DNA from: Clostridia bacterium
GTDB taxonomy: Bacteria > Bacillota > Clostridia > CAKSNL01 > HGM11501
DNA: 64,000 nucleotides
Assembly: GCA_045545475.1 (NCBI GenBank)
Contig: JAZQAZ010000008.1
Coordinates: 32,001 to 96,000, forward strand
Direction of reading: 5' to 3'
The notes below the pieces were generated by a model. The model searched no databases, was not told the DNA's origin, and saw only the letters and a list, made by a program, of their open reading frames with translations. This document shows positions 18,567 through 29,337 of the stretch, piece after piece (the first letter of the stretch is position 1; each line of letters begins with the position of its first letter). The position numbers and the translations under genes are program-made.

Positions 18567-18590
18567 TCAATCATATAAGGAAGTGATTGT

Positions 18591-20237
18591 ATGCCTCTTG
18601 ACGGCATAACTTTATGTGCGGTAGTGAAAGAACTGTCGGCTCTTTCAGGTGCTTCGGTTCAGAAGGTACATCAACCTGAACGTGATGAGATTCTTTTGTT
18701 GCTTCATACAAAAAATGGAAATAAAAAGCTTCTTATAAGTGCAAGCCCTCAAAGTCCGAGGTTGCATCTTACAGAGGGGAATTATAAAAATCCTGAAACA
18801 TCACCGATGTTTTGCATGCTTTTGAGAAAACATTTTACGGGAGGAAAAATACTTTCTTTTAATCAGTTGTCGTTGGACAGAGTCGTAGATATTGCGTTTG
18901 AATGTCACAACGAGCTTGGGGATACTGTGCAGAAGCATATTATTGTGGAAATCATGGGACGTAATTCAAATCTTATTGTGACGGATGAAAATTACAAAAT
19001 TTATGATTGTCTCAGAAAAAATGACTTGTCTTTTGAAACAGAACGTATGATGATGCCGGGATTTACCTATTCGTTTCCTGAAAGTAGCGGAAAGTGCGAT
19101 ATAGCGGAAACCTCAGAAGAAGAAATAAGAAACCTGCTTAAAGGTGCTGAGGGTAAAGATTTGATAAATATCTTTACGGGATTTTCTCCGCTTTCAGGCA
19201 GAGAGGCGGAATGCTATGGAGATATAGCAGAATACGTAATCTGGATAAAAAGAAAAATAGAAAATAACGATTTCTCACCAACGCTGGTGTTGGGAGAAGA
19301 TAAGCCCGTTGATTTTTGGTGCTTTGACATTATGGAATATGGCACAGCTTTTAAAATCAAAAAATACTCTTCAATGGGAGAAGCGATGGAAGAGTACTAT
19401 TATGAAAAATCCTTCGCAGAACATATGAAGCAAAAAAACTCTGCACTTACCAAACTTGTAACCAATCTTATCGGAAGAGCTGAAAGAAAGCTGAAACTTC
19501 AGTACAAGGAACTTTCTGAGGCAGGAAAAAAAGAAGAGTTCAAGGTTATGGGGGATCTTATTACGGCAAATCTTTATAAAATCAAAGAGGGAGAAAAAAT
19601 TGCTGAGGTTTCGGACTGGTCAAGCGGAGAAGAGGAGATTTTGCATATACCGCTTGATGAAAGCATTTCACCTGCCGATAATGCACAAAGGTATTATAAA
19701 AAGTACAGCAAGGCAAAACATGCAGAACAGGTTATCGGAGAGCAGATAGAAAGTACACTTAAAGAAACAGAATATTTAAGAAGCGTACTTCAGTCTGTGG
19801 CGGATGCGGAAAATATGGAGGACATTGCCCAGATAAAAGAAGAATTGGCAGAAGGCGGCTATATTAAGGCAGAAGGCGGTAAAAGGAAGAAAGAATCGCA
19901 GTCGAAACCTTTGGAATTTCTGTATGAAGGATTTAAGATATATGTCGGAAAAAATAACAAGCAAAACGATTTTCTTACATTGAAAACCGCAAGAGCCATG
20001 GACATTTGGTTGCATGTAAAAAACAATGCAGGTAGCCATGTGATAATCGAAACAAAGGGAAAAGATGTTGCACCTTCCGTAATAGAATATGCTGCAAAAC
20101 TGGCGGCCACTCACAGTAAAGCAAAGGGAGCACCAAAGACGGAAGTCGACTATACTTTTGTTAAGTTTGTTAAAAAGCCTCAGGGAGCTAAACCCGGTAT
20201 GGTAATTTATACCGATTATAAGACTTGTGTAATATGA
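18591..20237 (+). CDS. rqcH: NFACT/RqcH (FbpA/PavA-like) ribosome quality control factor
   Basis: MPLDGI, PMFCMLLRKH, EIMGRNSN, NAQRYYKKYSKAK, VGKNNKQND, WLHVKNNAGSHV. Confidence 0.9.
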   Translation: MPLDGITLCAVVKELSALSGASVQKVHQPERDEILLLLHTKNGNKKLLISASPQSPRLHLTEGNYKNPETSPMFCMLLRKHFTGGKILSFNQLSLDRVVDIAFECHNELGDTVQKHIIVEIMGRNSNLIVTDENYKIYDCLRKNDLSFETERMMMPGFTYSFPESSGKCDIAETSEEEIRNLLKGAEGKDLINIFTGFSPLSGREAECYGDIAEYVIWIKRKIENNDFSPTLVLGEDKPVDFWCFDIMEYGTAFKIKKYSSMGEAMEEYYYEKSFAEHMKQKNSALTKLVTNLIGRAERKLKLQYKELSEAGKKEEFKVMGDLITANLYKIKEGEKIAEVSDWSSGEEEILHIPLDESISPADNAQRYYKKYSKAKHAEQVIGEQIESTLKETEYLRSVLQSVADAENMEDIAQIKEELAEGGYIKAEGGKRKKESQSKPLEFLYEGFKIYVGKNNKQNDFLTLKTARAMDIWLHVKNNAGSHVIIETKGKDVAPSVIEYAAKLAATHSKAKGAPKTEVDYTFVKFVKKPQGAKPGMVIYTDYKTCVI

Positions 20238-20242
20238 TGATG

Positions 20243-20281
20243 AAAACCTTTTTGGCCCTAAACGGCTGAGAAGGTTTTTTT
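20243..20281 (+). terminator. Intrinsic terminator
   Basis: aaaacctttttggcc...ggctgagaaggtttt plus T run. Confidence 0.7.
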
Positions 20282-20291
20282 AATTTAACGA

Positions 20292-20320
20292 TTGACAAAC
20301 AATTAACAAGGTGATATAAT
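20292..20320 (+). promoter_or_regulatory. Consensus sigma-A promoter
   Basis: TTGACA-17-TATAAT with TG extension. Confidence 0.85.
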
Positions 20321-20370
20321 AATTAATCATTTTATAGTGAATTATTTAACAAATTTTGTGGAGGCAAAAA

Positions 20371-22359
20371 ATGACTAATGTATTATATTTTTCTGTTGTA
20401 TCTGCATTGATAGCTTTGTTTTTTGCGGTTTTCACAGCCATACATATTGCAAAGCAGGATGCAGGCAATGAAAAAATGAAAAAAATTGCAAGATACATTG
20501 CAGATGGAGCTATGGCCTTTATAAAGCGGGAATATTCCGTTATTTTTGTTTTTATGGTTTTATTAGCGGTTGTTATTGCCCTTTTTCTTGGCTTGGGAAC
20601 TTCCTTTTGCTTTGTTTTCGGGGCGTTGAGCTCAATGCTGGCAGGATTTATTGGCATGAAGGTTGCAACACTTGCAAATGTCAGAACGGCAAAAGCTGCT
20701 GAAAAAGGATTACATCCTGCACTTAAGGTGGCTTTTTCAGGCGGAAGCGTTATGGGACTTTGCGTAGTAGGCTTGGGACTTTTCGGAATTTCTTTATCAT
20801 GGATTCTTTTCAGAAACAGTCTTGATGCGGCGAATATTATAACCGGATATTCTCTCGGAGCAAGTTTTATTGCATTGTTCTCCAGAGTCGGAGGCGGTAT
20901 ATATACCAAAGCGGCCGATGTTGGTGCCGATCTTGTGGGCAAGGTTGAAGCAGGAATTCCTGAGGATGATCCGAGAAATCCCGCTGTTATAGCCGATAAC
21001 GTGGGAGATAATGTGGGTGACGTGGCAGGAATGGGTGCTGACCTTTTTGAATCCTATGTGGGTTCTGTAATATCTGTGATTTCGCTTGCAATGCTTGCAC
21101 TGGGTAATGCATCGCAGATTAAAGATGGCTATATTATATATACATTTGCTCTTGCGGCAGCCGGAATACTTTCCTCTGTTATAGGTACTGTTTTTGTTAA
21201 GCTGTTAAAGAAAACTCTGCCTCAGACAGCACTTAATGTTGGAGAATATAGCTCGATGCTTATTTTTGCTGTTGCGGCTTTAATATTAAGCGGAAATATA
21301 CTGGAGTCTTTTAATCCGGCGATAGTTGTAATATCTGGTCTTTTGGCCGGCGGAATAATAGGCAAGGTTACAGAAATTTACACTTCTTCGGATTACGGCA
21401 GTGTAAAGAAAATAGCAGAACAGTCAAAAACAGGATCGGCCACGAACATAATTTCCGGACTTTCTGTAGGAATGATGAGTACAGCAATTCCGATTTTAAT
21501 AATAGGTTTGGCGATTTTTGTGGCAGACTTTTTTGATCCAGAGATGGGAGTGGGCCTTGTTGCGGTCGGCATGCTTGCAACTACCGGAATGACTGTTGCG
21601 GTGGATGCATATGGGCCTATTGCTGACAATGCCGGTGGTATTGCGGAAATGTCAGGACTTTCTTCTGATGTCAGAAAAAATACCGATAATCTTGATGCTG
21701 TAGGAAATACTACTGCGGCTATAGGAAAAGGCTTTGCAATTGGAAGTGCGGCACTTACGGCAATTGCTTTGTTCAAGTCATATTGTGCGGCATCGGGACT
21801 TTCCGGAATTGATATTTCTGAACCTAAGACAGTTATCGGACTTTTAATAGGAGCGATGCTTCCTTTCCTTTTTTCAGCACTTACCATTAATGCTGTTTCA
21901 AAGGCGGCAAATGCAATGATTATTGAAGTTAGAAGACAGTTTAGAAAAATTGCAGGAATACTGGAAGGAACAGCCGAGCCTGATTACGTGAAGTGTGTCG
22001 ATATAAGTACAGGTGCAGCGTTGAAAAGTATGGTGCTTCCTGCAATTTTAGCCGTGGCAGCTCCGCTTCTTACCGGTATGGTTATTGGAGCTGAAGCTTT
22101 GGGTGGCCTTTTAGCAGGTGCACTTGCAAGTGGCGTAATGCTTGCGATATTCATGTCCAATTCGGGTGGAGCGTGGGATAACGCTAAAAAGTATATTGAA
22201 ACCGGCGAAAGTGAAGGAAAGGGCAGTGAGGCACATAAAGCTTCGGTTATCGGAGATACAGTGGGTGATCCTTTGAAAGATACAGCAGGTCCTTCGATTA
22301 ATATACTGATAAAGCTTATGAGCATTGTTGCTTTGGTATTTGCCCCCTTGTTCATGTAG
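20371..22359 (+). CDS. hppA: Membrane-bound ion-translocating pyrophosphatase, K+-dependent type (probably Na+-pumping)
   Basis: [64 protein letters not shown]; ATG at 20371 after ggagg. Confidence 0.92.
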   Translation: MTNVLYFSVVSALIALFFAVFTAIHIAKQDAGNEKMKKIARYIADGAMAFIKREYSVIFVFMVLLAVVIALFLGLGTSFCFVFGALSSMLAGFIGMKVATLANVRTAKAAEKGLHPALKVAFSGGSVMGLCVVGLGLFGISLSWILFRNSLDAANIITGYSLGASFIALFSRVGGGIYTKAADVGADLVGKVEAGIPEDDPRNPAVIADNVGDNVGDVAGMGADLFESYVGSVISVISLAMLALGNASQIKDGYIIYTFALAAAGILSSVIGTVFVKLLKKTLPQTALNVGEYSSMLIFAVAALILSGNILESFNPAIVVISGLLAGGIIGKVTEIYTSSDYGSVKKIAEQSKTGSATNIISGLSVGMMSTAIPILIIGLAIFVADFFDPEMGVGLVAVGMLATTGMTVAVDAYGPIADNAGGIAEMSGLSSDVRKNTDNLDAVGNTTAAIGKGFAIGSAALTAIALFKSYCAASGLSGIDISEPKTVIGLLIGAMLPFLFSALTINAVSKAANAMIIEVRRQFRKIAGILEGTAEPDYVKCVDISTGAALKSMVLPAILAVAAPLLTGMVIGAEALGGLLAGALASGVMLAIFMSNSGGAWDNAKKYIETGESEGKGSEAHKASVIGDTVGDPLKDTAGPSINILIKLMSIVALVFAPLFM

Positions 22360-22361
22360 AT

Positions 22362-22387
22362 AAAAAGAGCCCTAACAGGCTCTTTTT
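22362..22387 (+). terminator. Intrinsic terminator
   Basis: aaaaagagcc-ctaaca-ggctcttttt. Confidence 0.75.
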
Positions 22388-22402
22388 AATTTGCTCTATA
22401 CC

Positions 22403-22431
22403 TTGACATTAATTCCGATATTTGGTATAAT
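22403..22431 (+). promoter_or_regulatory. Consensus sigma-A promoter
   Basis: TTGACA-17-TATAAT. Confidence 0.85.
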
Positions 22432-22464
22432 CAAAAGCAGAATGAAGCGGAAAGAGGGAGTTTT

Positions 22465-23556
22465 ATGAAGACAGTTATGCTGGTTTTCGGCACAAGACCG
22501 GAAGCTATTAAAATGTGTCCGTTAGTAAATGAACTTAAAACAAGAGAAAGTATAAAAACAGTGGTTTGTGTAACCGGTCAGCACAGACAGATGCTTGATC
22601 AGGTATTGGAGGCTTTTTCTGTAGTTCCTGATTATGATCTTTCGATAATGAAAGACAAGCAGACTCTTTTTGATATAACAACAAATATATTAAACGGAAT
22701 AAAAGGCGTACTTGAAGAGGTTAAGCCTGATGTTGTATTGGTACACGGAGATACATCCACTACTTTTGTAACAGCTCTTGCTTGCTTTTATCTTCAAATA
22801 CCGGTTGGTCATGTTGAAGCAGGACTTAGAACATATAATATATATTCACCGTTCCCGGAAGAGTTTAACCGTCAGGCGGTAGGGATTGTTGCAAAGTATA
22901 ATTTTTCGCCTACAGAGCTTTCAAAAGAGAATCTTCTTAAAGAAGGAAAGGATCCTGAAAGTATTTATGTAACGGGAAACACAGCAATAGATGCTCTTAA
23001 GACAACGGTAAGAGAGGATTATACACATCCTGAACTTGAATGGGCCGAAGGTTCCCGTCTTATAACAATCACAGCACACAGAAGAGAAAATCTCGGAGAA
23101 CCGATGCATAATATGTTTCGTGCAATACGAAGAATAATGGACGAGCATCCGGATGTTAAAGCAATTTATCCAATTCATATGAATCCTGCAGTAAGAAAGG
23201 CAGCGGAAGAAGAACTGGGCGGATGTGACAGAATCAGAATTATTGAGCCGCTTGAAGTGCTTGATTTCCATAATTTTCTCGCCAGAAGCTATCTTATTTT
23301 AACCGACTCCGGCGGAATACAGGAAGAGGCCCCTTCGCTTGGAAAGCCGGTTCTTGTAATGCGTGATACCACAGAACGACCGGAGGGAATAGCGGCAGGG
23401 ACGTTAAAGCTTGTCGGAACCGATGAAGCTTTTATATATCAAAACTTTAAAGAACTTCTGGAAAATGAGGAAGCGTATGAAAAAATGAGCAAGGCATCCA
23501 ATCCTTACGGAGATGGATTTGCATGTAAGAGAATTGCAGATATACTTGAAAAATGA
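22465..23556 (+). CDS. wecB: UDP-N-acetylglucosamine 2-epimerase (non-hydrolysing)
   Basis: FGTRPEAIKM, TGQHRQML, VHGDT, HVEAGLR, TDSGGIQEEAP, ERPEG, NPYGDG. Confidence 0.95.
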   Translation: MKTVMLVFGTRPEAIKMCPLVNELKTRESIKTVVCVTGQHRQMLDQVLEAFSVVPDYDLSIMKDKQTLFDITTNILNGIKGVLEEVKPDVVLVHGDTSTTFVTALACFYLQIPVGHVEAGLRTYNIYSPFPEEFNRQAVGIVAKYNFSPTELSKENLLKEGKDPESIYVTGNTAIDALKTTVREDYTHPELEWAEGSRLITITAHRRENLGEPMHNMFRAIRRIMDEHPDVKAIYPIHMNPAVRKAAEEELGGCDRIRIIEPLEVLDFHNFLARSYLILTDSGGIQEEAPSLGKPVLVMRDTTERPEGIAAGTLKLVGTDEAFIYQNFKELLENEEAYEKMSKASNPYGDGFACKRIADILEK

Positions 23557-23596
23557 AAAATAAATGCAACATTTCTAATGTTGCATTTATTTTTTT
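23556..23596 (+). terminator. Intrinsic terminator
   Basis: aaaaataaatgcaacatt-tct-aatgttgcatttattttt. Confidence 0.75.
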
Positions 23597-23703
23597 GAAA
23601 ATATGTAAAAAAAGTCTTCCATATTTGAAAAAAATGTAGTATAATAATAGTTAGTAAAATTATTTTTTTTAAAATGACATCAGGGATATGAGGAGGGGTA
23701 TTT

Positions 23704-24558
23704 ATGAGTGAGTTTTTCTCGTCTGTATGGATGCATATTACACAATTTTTCGGCATGCTTAAAATCAATGACATTATAGATATGCTTATAATTGCCGTGG
23801 CATTTTACTATATTGGTACATATATGATTGAGACAAAAGCATGGCAGTCTCTTAAGGTGGTAATGGTAATTATAGTTCTTACGCCTATCAGTGCTTTTTT
23901 GCAACTTAATACAGTTAGTTTCTTGTTGGAAAGCGTTTTGCAGATAGGAGCAATCGCTGTTATTATCGTATTTCAGCCGGAACTAAGAAGTTTCCTTGAC
24001 AGATTGGGAAGAGGAACGAATTTGCGTAAAATGTTAAGTCCCGGAATTATGATTGAAAAGGACAGTATTGATTCTATTGTCCGTGCGGTGAGCAATATGT
24101 CCGTTGCGTCCACCGGTGCTCTGATTGTATTTGAAAAACAAAAGAAGCTTGATTCGGTAATAAGCGTAAAAGGAACGGAGATTGATGCGGAAATTTCTCA
24201 GGGTCTTCTTGAAAACATATTTGTTAAAAATACACCACTGCATGATGGTGCCGTAATTATAAAAAATGAAAAAATTGCATATGCCCAGAGTATACTGCCA
24301 CTTTCTGAAAATGCTGTAATAAGCACCGAGCTTGGCACTCGACACAGAGCGGCCATAGGCGTTACCGAAAAAAGCGATGCAATTGCTGTTGTGGTATCTG
24401 AAGAAACCGGAAAAATATCCTATGCGAAGGACGGAGGACTTCACCGAGATATAACCCCTGAAAACTTAAGAGAGGTTTTAACCATTGAATTTTCCGGCAA
24501 GACTCCGGTGGAAAGCGATCTTAAAGGGATCTTTAAGCGAGGTAACGGAAATGACTAA
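23704..24558 (+). CDS. cdaA: Diadenylate cyclase CdaA
   Basis: Three N-terminal TM helices, FQPELR, NTPLHDGA, LGTRHRAA, VVVSEETG. Confidence 0.93.
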   Translation: MSEFFSSVWMHITQFFGMLKINDIIDMLIIAVAFYYIGTYMIETKAWQSLKVVMVIIVLTPISAFLQLNTVSFLLESVLQIGAIAVIIVFQPELRSFLDRLGRGTNLRKMLSPGIMIEKDSIDSIVRAVSNMSVASTGALIVFEKQKKLDSVISVKGTEIDAEISQGLLENIFVKNTPLHDGAVIIKNEKIAYAQSILPLSENAVISTELGTRHRAAIGVTEKSDAIAVVVSEETGKISYAKDGGLHRDITPENLREVLTIEFSGKTPVESDLKGIFKRGNGND

Positions 24559-25525
24559 AGAACATAAAAATATGAAAAATGCGGAAGAAAAGTCAAGTGG
24601 CGGAAGAAAATTTTTAGGTAAGGCACTTTGTGTATTGCTTGCAGTTATTTTATGGGTTTATGTATCATACGATAAAAAACCCGATACAGCGAAGGAGTTT
24701 ACAAATATTCCTGTTACACTCACGGGAATTGAGGTTCTTGAAAGTAGAAATTTAACCGTTTTAAGCAATGATATGTTCGTTAAAGTTAAACTTTCGGGTA
24801 CAAGAAGCATTCTGTCCAGAGTAAATAAAAAAGATATTAAGGCGATAGTGGATTTATCCGACACGACCTCATTGGGAGAACAGTATCCGATGGTTACAAT
24901 AGCGGGAATTCCTGATGCTCTGAGTGTGGAGGAGAAAAAAATCGTCTCCGGTAAATTGCTTATTGATAACCTGGTAAAGAAAAACCTTGATTTGAATATT
25001 GAGGTTACGGGAAAGATGGCGGACTCGGTTGTTGAAGGAGAAAAAACAGTCAGTCCGACCCAGGTGACCATACGCGGACCTGAAAGCACATTAAAGAGTG
25101 TGACAGCGTGGACAACAGCAGTGGATGTAAGCAAAATTAGTCAAAGCGTAAACACATTTACAACAGGTATTGTGCTGAAAAGTGCAAGCGGAGAAGCGAT
25201 AGATACAGACATGATAACGCTTTCTGAAACATCTGCCACTGTTACAATGAAGTGCAGAGGGAAAAAAGAACTGGAAGTAAATATTCCTGAGATTATAGGA
25301 AGTAAGGCAGGGTATAATATAACTGTTGAAAAGATAGAGCCTGAAACGGTTATGGTTGTAGGCCCAATTGAGGAAATAAGCCTTTTAGGATCTGTTAACG
25401 TTGAGCCTATAGATGCATACAGTGCAACAGAAAATGTAAGAACTGAAATAATCTTGCCTGAAAATACCGAATGTGAAACAACAAAAATAAATGTAAAATT
25501 AAACTTCACGATGGTGGGAGAATAA
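24551..25525 (+). CDS. cdaR: CdaR/YbbR-repeat protein
   Basis: Directly follows and overlaps cdaA; single TM anchor LLAVILWVYV; YbbR-like VKLSG, VTIRGP, VMVVGP repeats. Confidence 0.8.
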   Translation: MTKEHKNMKNAEEKSSGGRKFLGKALCVLLAVILWVYVSYDKKPDTAKEFTNIPVTLTGIEVLESRNLTVLSNDMFVKVKLSGTRSILSRVNKKDIKAIVDLSDTTSLGEQYPMVTIAGIPDALSVEEKKIVSGKLLIDNLVKKNLDLNIEVTGKMADSVVEGEKTVSPTQVTIRGPESTLKSVTAWTTAVDVSKISQSVNTFTTGIVLKSASGEAIDTDMITLSETSATVTMKCRGKKELEVNIPEIIGSKAGYNITVEKIEPETVMVVGPIEEISLLGSVNVEPIDAYSATENVRTEIILPENTECETTKINVKLNFTMVGE

Positions 25526-25583
25526 TAATCCTGTATTAATAAGGGAAAAAGATTAAAATATATATGTATTGGCAAAAAAAGTA

Positions 25584-25612
25584 TTGACAATTAAAGAAAA
25601 AGATTGTATAAT
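25584..25612 (+). promoter_or_regulatory. Consensus sigma-A promoter of yceD-rpmF
   Basis: TTGACA-17-TATAAT. Confidence 0.8.
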
Positions 25613-25639
25613 ATACTTTGCTTGCAGAGAGGAATTTGT

Positions 25640-26128
25640 ATGATTGTTGATATTAGCAAAGTAAAAAATTCTGAAGGCAAGATAACCTTGAACGAAATTG
25701 CTGAATTCGGGACGGTCACTTTTAGTGGCGGAACATATAAGTTTTCAGAAGTTTCTGTTAAAGGTTCAATTATAAATATCGGCGGAAGTCTGGAGCTTAA
25801 AGCAACAGTAACCGGAGAGTACGAAACTCCATGTGCAAGGTGCTTGAAGCCTGTAATGAGCAGCTTTGACGCAGATATTTATGAGGATCTTACCGGGGAA
25901 GATGCAAACGAAGAGCTTATTGTCAAAAATGGCAATGAGTGGAACTTGGCGGAACTTGTCTTAAGTGATATTTTACTTGAGTTGCCGATGGTTGTATTGT
26001 GCTCGGAAGACTGTAAAGGTTTTTGCCCTACATGTGGGAAAAATCTTAACAGTGGGACCTGTTCTTGCGAAAGTGAAGAATGGGATTCAAGATTCGACAT
26101 ATTAAAAAACTTCAAAGCTGACTTATAA
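25640..26128 (+). CDS. yceD: DUF177/YceD-family protein
   Basis: CARCLKP, LPMVVLCSEDCKGFCPTCGKNLN; conserved position upstream of rpmF; ATG at 25640 after agagg. Confidence 0.9.
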   Translation: MIVDISKVKNSEGKITLNEIAEFGTVTFSGGTYKFSEVSVKGSIINIGGSLELKATVTGEYETPCARCLKPVMSSFDADIYEDLTGEDANEELIVKNGNEWNLAELVLSDILLELPMVVLCSEDCKGFCPTCGKNLNSGTCSCESEEWDSRFDILKNFKADL

Positions 26129-26146
26129 TTTATGGAGGTGTAGAAA

Positions 26147-26326
26147 ATGGCAGTACCGAAGGGTAAAATCTCTAAAGCAAAAAAGCATTCCAGAAGAGCT
26201 AATTGGAGACTTAGCGTTCCCGGAATGATAAAGTGCGCTCAGTGCGGCGAATATAAAATGCCTCACAGAATTTGTCCTGCTTGCGGTTATTACAACGGCA
26301 AGGAAATCGTAAAGAAAGAAGCGTAA
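26147..26326 (+). CDS. rpmF: 50S ribosomal protein L32 (zinc-binding form), 59 aa, missing from the ORF track
   Basis: Hand translation MAVPKGKISKAKKHSRRANWRLSVPGMIKCAQCGEYKMPHRICPACGYYNGKEIVKKEA; RBS ggaggtg. Confidence 0.95.
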   Translation: MAVPKGKISKAKKHSRRANWRLSVPGMIKCAQCGEYKMPHRICPACGYYNGKEIVKKEA

Positions 26327-26330
26327 GTGA

Positions 26331-26365
26331 AATAAAAAGAACACCAAAGGTGTTCTTTTTTATTT
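26331..26365 (+). terminator. Intrinsic terminator
   Basis: aaaaagaacacc-aaa-ggtgttcttttt. Confidence 0.85.
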
Positions 26366-26462
26366 TGGTTTGACATATGGAAAAATAGGGTTATAATATA
26401 CTTATAGAGAAAAAATTTAATGCTTGGAAAATACTAAAAATAAAATGAAAGGAAGCATTAGT

Positions 26463-27536
26463 GTGTATAATCTTTTGGATTACATTAATTGGCGCGGAGA
26501 TTTAAGTTTCTCGGATAATCCCTTTAACGAAGTTGATAATCTGATTTTCACTCAACTTTCATACCTGGATTTTTCGGGGATAGTTTCGGGAAATTTAACA
26601 GAATATATAACTCTCGAAGAGGCATGGAATAAATATAGCAAAATCGGGAGAAGGCCTGAAAGTATTATTTTGCCTGAAGAGATTTACGGAATGTTTAAGT
26701 CTATGGCTCACACTAACCGTTTCTCAAAGATAAAACTGTCCGGATTTGTTTCTAACCATGACGAAGAAACAGAAAAACAGTTTGCGGCACTTTGTATAAG
26801 TTTTGATAAAAAGATATATGTTTCGTTCCGTGGAACAGATGACAGCCTGATAGGCTGGAAGGAGGACTTTAATCTTGCTTTCATGGAATCAGTTCCTGCA
26901 CAGAGAGATGCATCTTCCTATCTTAACAAGGTGATGAAAGATATTTTGTTTCTTCCCGTATATATAGGAGGTCATTCCAAAGGAGGAAATCTTTCTGTAT
27001 ATGCGGCGATGCACTGTAAAAAAATTCATAAAAGAAGAATTAAGAAGATTTTTACAAACGATAGTCCGGGGTTTCTTGAGAAAGTTGTTAACAGTAAAGA
27101 ATATTTTGAAACTGCCGAAAAAATCTTCAGTATTGTTCCGGAGGGTTCAATAATAGGCCAGCTTTTAAGCCATGGAAGGATGGATGACGTTTTCGTAAAA
27201 AGTAAAAGCTCGATGCTGCGTCAGCATGATCCCTTTACTTGGGAAGTTTTGGGAAACGAATTTGTAAAGGCCCCGGGATTGAACGAGCAAAGCAAAAAGG
27301 TGGACAATGTTATCTCCTCATGGCTGTCAAAATTGAATAAAGAGGAAAGAGAAAGTCTTGTTGAAGCTATATTTGAACTTTTCACGGTGACAGAGGCAAA
27401 AAATCTTGCAGATATTATGAATGATAAACTGGGATTTTTAAGAGCATTAGGAAAGCTCAGCAAGGAATCCAGAAAAGATATAGGGAAAAATATTGGGCAA
27501 ATAATTGAAGAAATAGCAAAAATTAAGGCAAGATAG
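26463..27536 (+). CDS. DUF2974 (Mbeg1-like) alpha/beta hydrolase
   Basis: DYINWRGD, FNEVDNL, FRGTDDSLIGWKEDF, GGHSKGGN; probable GTG start at 26463 after aaagga. Confidence 0.85.
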   Translation: MYNLLDYINWRGDLSFSDNPFNEVDNLIFTQLSYLDFSGIVSGNLTEYITLEEAWNKYSKIGRRPESIILPEEIYGMFKSMAHTNRFSKIKLSGFVSNHDEETEKQFAALCISFDKKIYVSFRGTDDSLIGWKEDFNLAFMESVPAQRDASSYLNKVMKDILFLPVYIGGHSKGGNLSVYAAMHCKKIHKRRIKKIFTNDSPGFLEKVVNSKEYFETAEKIFSIVPEGSIIGQLLSHGRMDDVFVKSKSSMLRQHDPFTWEVLGNEFVKAPGLNEQSKKVDNVISSWLSKLNKEERESLVEAIFELFTVTEAKNLADIMNDKLGFLRALGKLSKESRKDIGKNIGQIIEEIAKIKAR

Positions 27537-27608
27537 TAATAAAAGTTTTGACTTGTAGGAAAAAAGATGATAGAATAAAATGGTAAATTTAGTATGAGAG
27601 GTCTTTTT

Positions 27609-28736
27609 ATGAAAAAACTTGGATTGGGACTCATGCGTCTTCCGCTTATTGAAGAAAATAATTCGGCTAAAATTGATATTGAAGCCACAAAAGTGATGGT
27701 TGATGAGTTTCTTGAAAACGGCTTTAATTATTTTGATACTGCCTGGATGTATCATTCTTATATGAGCGAAAATGCAGTAAAAGAAGTTCTTACAAGCAGA
27801 CATAAAAGGGATGAATTTCTTCTTGCAACAAAGCTTCATGCAAATTATGTTAAATCTTTTGAAGACAGGGATAGGATATTTGCCGAACAAAAAGAGAAAA
27901 CAGGAGTGTCATATTTCGACTACTACCTTTTGCACGATGTAAGAGAAGCTCATCTTTCTATATATGAAAAATACGATTGCTTCAACTGGCTTTGCGAAAA
28001 GAAAAATGCCGGAGAAGTTAAAAATATAGGTTTTTCTTTTCACGATAATGCCGAATTTCTTGACAAGGTTTTAACTAAGTATCCGTTTGTGGACTTTGTT
28101 CAGTTACAGCTTAACTATCTTGATTGGGACAATGAGTCTATTCAGTCACGAAAGTGTTATGAAGTTGCGGAAAAGCACGGCAAAAAAATAATAGTCATGG
28201 AACCTGTAAAGGGAGGAACTTTAGCTAAACTTCCAAATGAAGCGGAAGAACTTTTGAAATCATATAACTCTGAAGTATCTGTGCCCTCATGGGCATTACG
28301 CTTTGTGGCATCGCTTCCAAATGTTATTATGGTTCTTTCAGGAATGAGTAATTTATCTCAGCTTAGGGATAATATGAAAACTTTTGATAATTTAACTCCT
28401 GTATCAAAGGAGGAAAAAAGACTTCTTAAAGAGGTCGTAGCGATAATTAACAAGGATTCGGTAATCCCGTGTACCGGATGTGCATACTGCATTGACGGAT
28501 GTCCGAAAAGGATTGCTATACCAAAATATTTTGAACTTTATAATGCAGAAATGCAGGAAGCGGAGGGGAAGGGTTGGAGTCCGCAGATTGCATATTATGA
28601 AAATATGATAAAAACTTTCGGAAAAGCCAGCGACTGTATAGGTTGCGGTACCTGTGAAGATGTCTGCCCGCAGAATCTTCCCATAACAAGGTATCTTAAA
28701 TCTATTGCAAAAAGCTTTGAAGAAGTTGAAAATTAA
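27609..28736 (+). CDS. Aldo/keto reductase with C-terminal 4Fe-4S dicluster domain
   Basis: LGLGLMRLP, YFDTAWMY, MEPVKGG, CTGCAYCIDGCP and CIGCGTCEDVCP. Confidence 0.9.
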   Translation: MKKLGLGLMRLPLIEENNSAKIDIEATKVMVDEFLENGFNYFDTAWMYHSYMSENAVKEVLTSRHKRDEFLLATKLHANYVKSFEDRDRIFAEQKEKTGVSYFDYYLLHDVREAHLSIYEKYDCFNWLCEKKNAGEVKNIGFSFHDNAEFLDKVLTKYPFVDFVQLQLNYLDWDNESIQSRKCYEVAEKHGKKIIVMEPVKGGTLAKLPNEAEELLKSYNSEVSVPSWALRFVASLPNVIMVLSGMSNLSQLRDNMKTFDNLTPVSKEEKRLLKEVVAIINKDSVIPCTGCAYCIDGCPKRIAIPKYFELYNAEMQEAEGKGWSPQIAYYENMIKTFGKASDCIGCGTCEDVCPQNLPITRYLKSIAKSFEEVEN

Positions 28737-28760
28737 TAAATTTTTAAGGAGGAATAATAA

Positions 28761-29300
28761 ATGGCAAACAAGTATGCAGGAACAAAGACAGAGAAAAATC
28801 TGGAGGCGGCTTTTGCAGGTGAATCCCAGGCAAGAAACAAGTATACATATTTCGCTTCCAAGGCTAAGAAAGAGGGCTTTGAGCAGATAGCGGCTCTTTT
28901 CTTAAAGACAGCGGACAACGAAAAGGAACATGCTAAAATGTGGTTTAAGGAGCTTAACGGAATCGGCGATACCGCTGAAAACCTGCTCCACGCTGCCGAG
29001 GGCGAAAACTATGAATGGACCGATATGTATGACGGATTTGCAAAAACTGCAGAGGAAGAAGGCTTCACCGAGCTTGCAGCAAAGTTCCGTCTTGTTGCGG
29101 CAATTGAAAAGCATCACGAGGAAAGATACAGAGCGCTTCTTAAGAATGTTGAAACTGCCGAAGTTTTCAAAAAGAGCGAAGTTAAAGTTTGGGAATGCAG
29201 GAATTGCGGTCACATCGTGGTTGGAACGGACGCTCCTGAAATTTGTCCCACATGTGCTCATCCCCAGAGCTATTTTGAAGTTCACGCAGAAAATTATTAA
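28761..29300 (+). CDS. rbr: Rubrerythrin
   Basis: [51 protein letters not shown]. Confidence 0.95.
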   Translation: MANKYAGTKTEKNLEAAFAGESQARNKYTYFASKAKKEGFEQIAALFLKTADNEKEHAKMWFKELNGIGDTAENLLHAAEGENYEWTDMYDGFAKTAEEEGFTELAAKFRLVAAIEKHHEERYRALLKNVETAEVFKKSEVKVWECRNCGHIVVGTDAPEICPTCAHPQSYFEVHAENY

Positions 29301-29337
29301 TAAAATAAAAAACGCCCATGGGGCGTTTTTTATTTTA
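29301..29337. terminator. Bidirectional terminator
   Basis: aaaataaaaaacgccc-atg-gggcgttttttatttt between convergent genes. Confidence 0.85.

Noticed and set aside
20346-22355. Long minus-strand ORFs (198, 164 and 123 aa)
   Set aside because: Antisense shadows of the hydrophobic hppA gene
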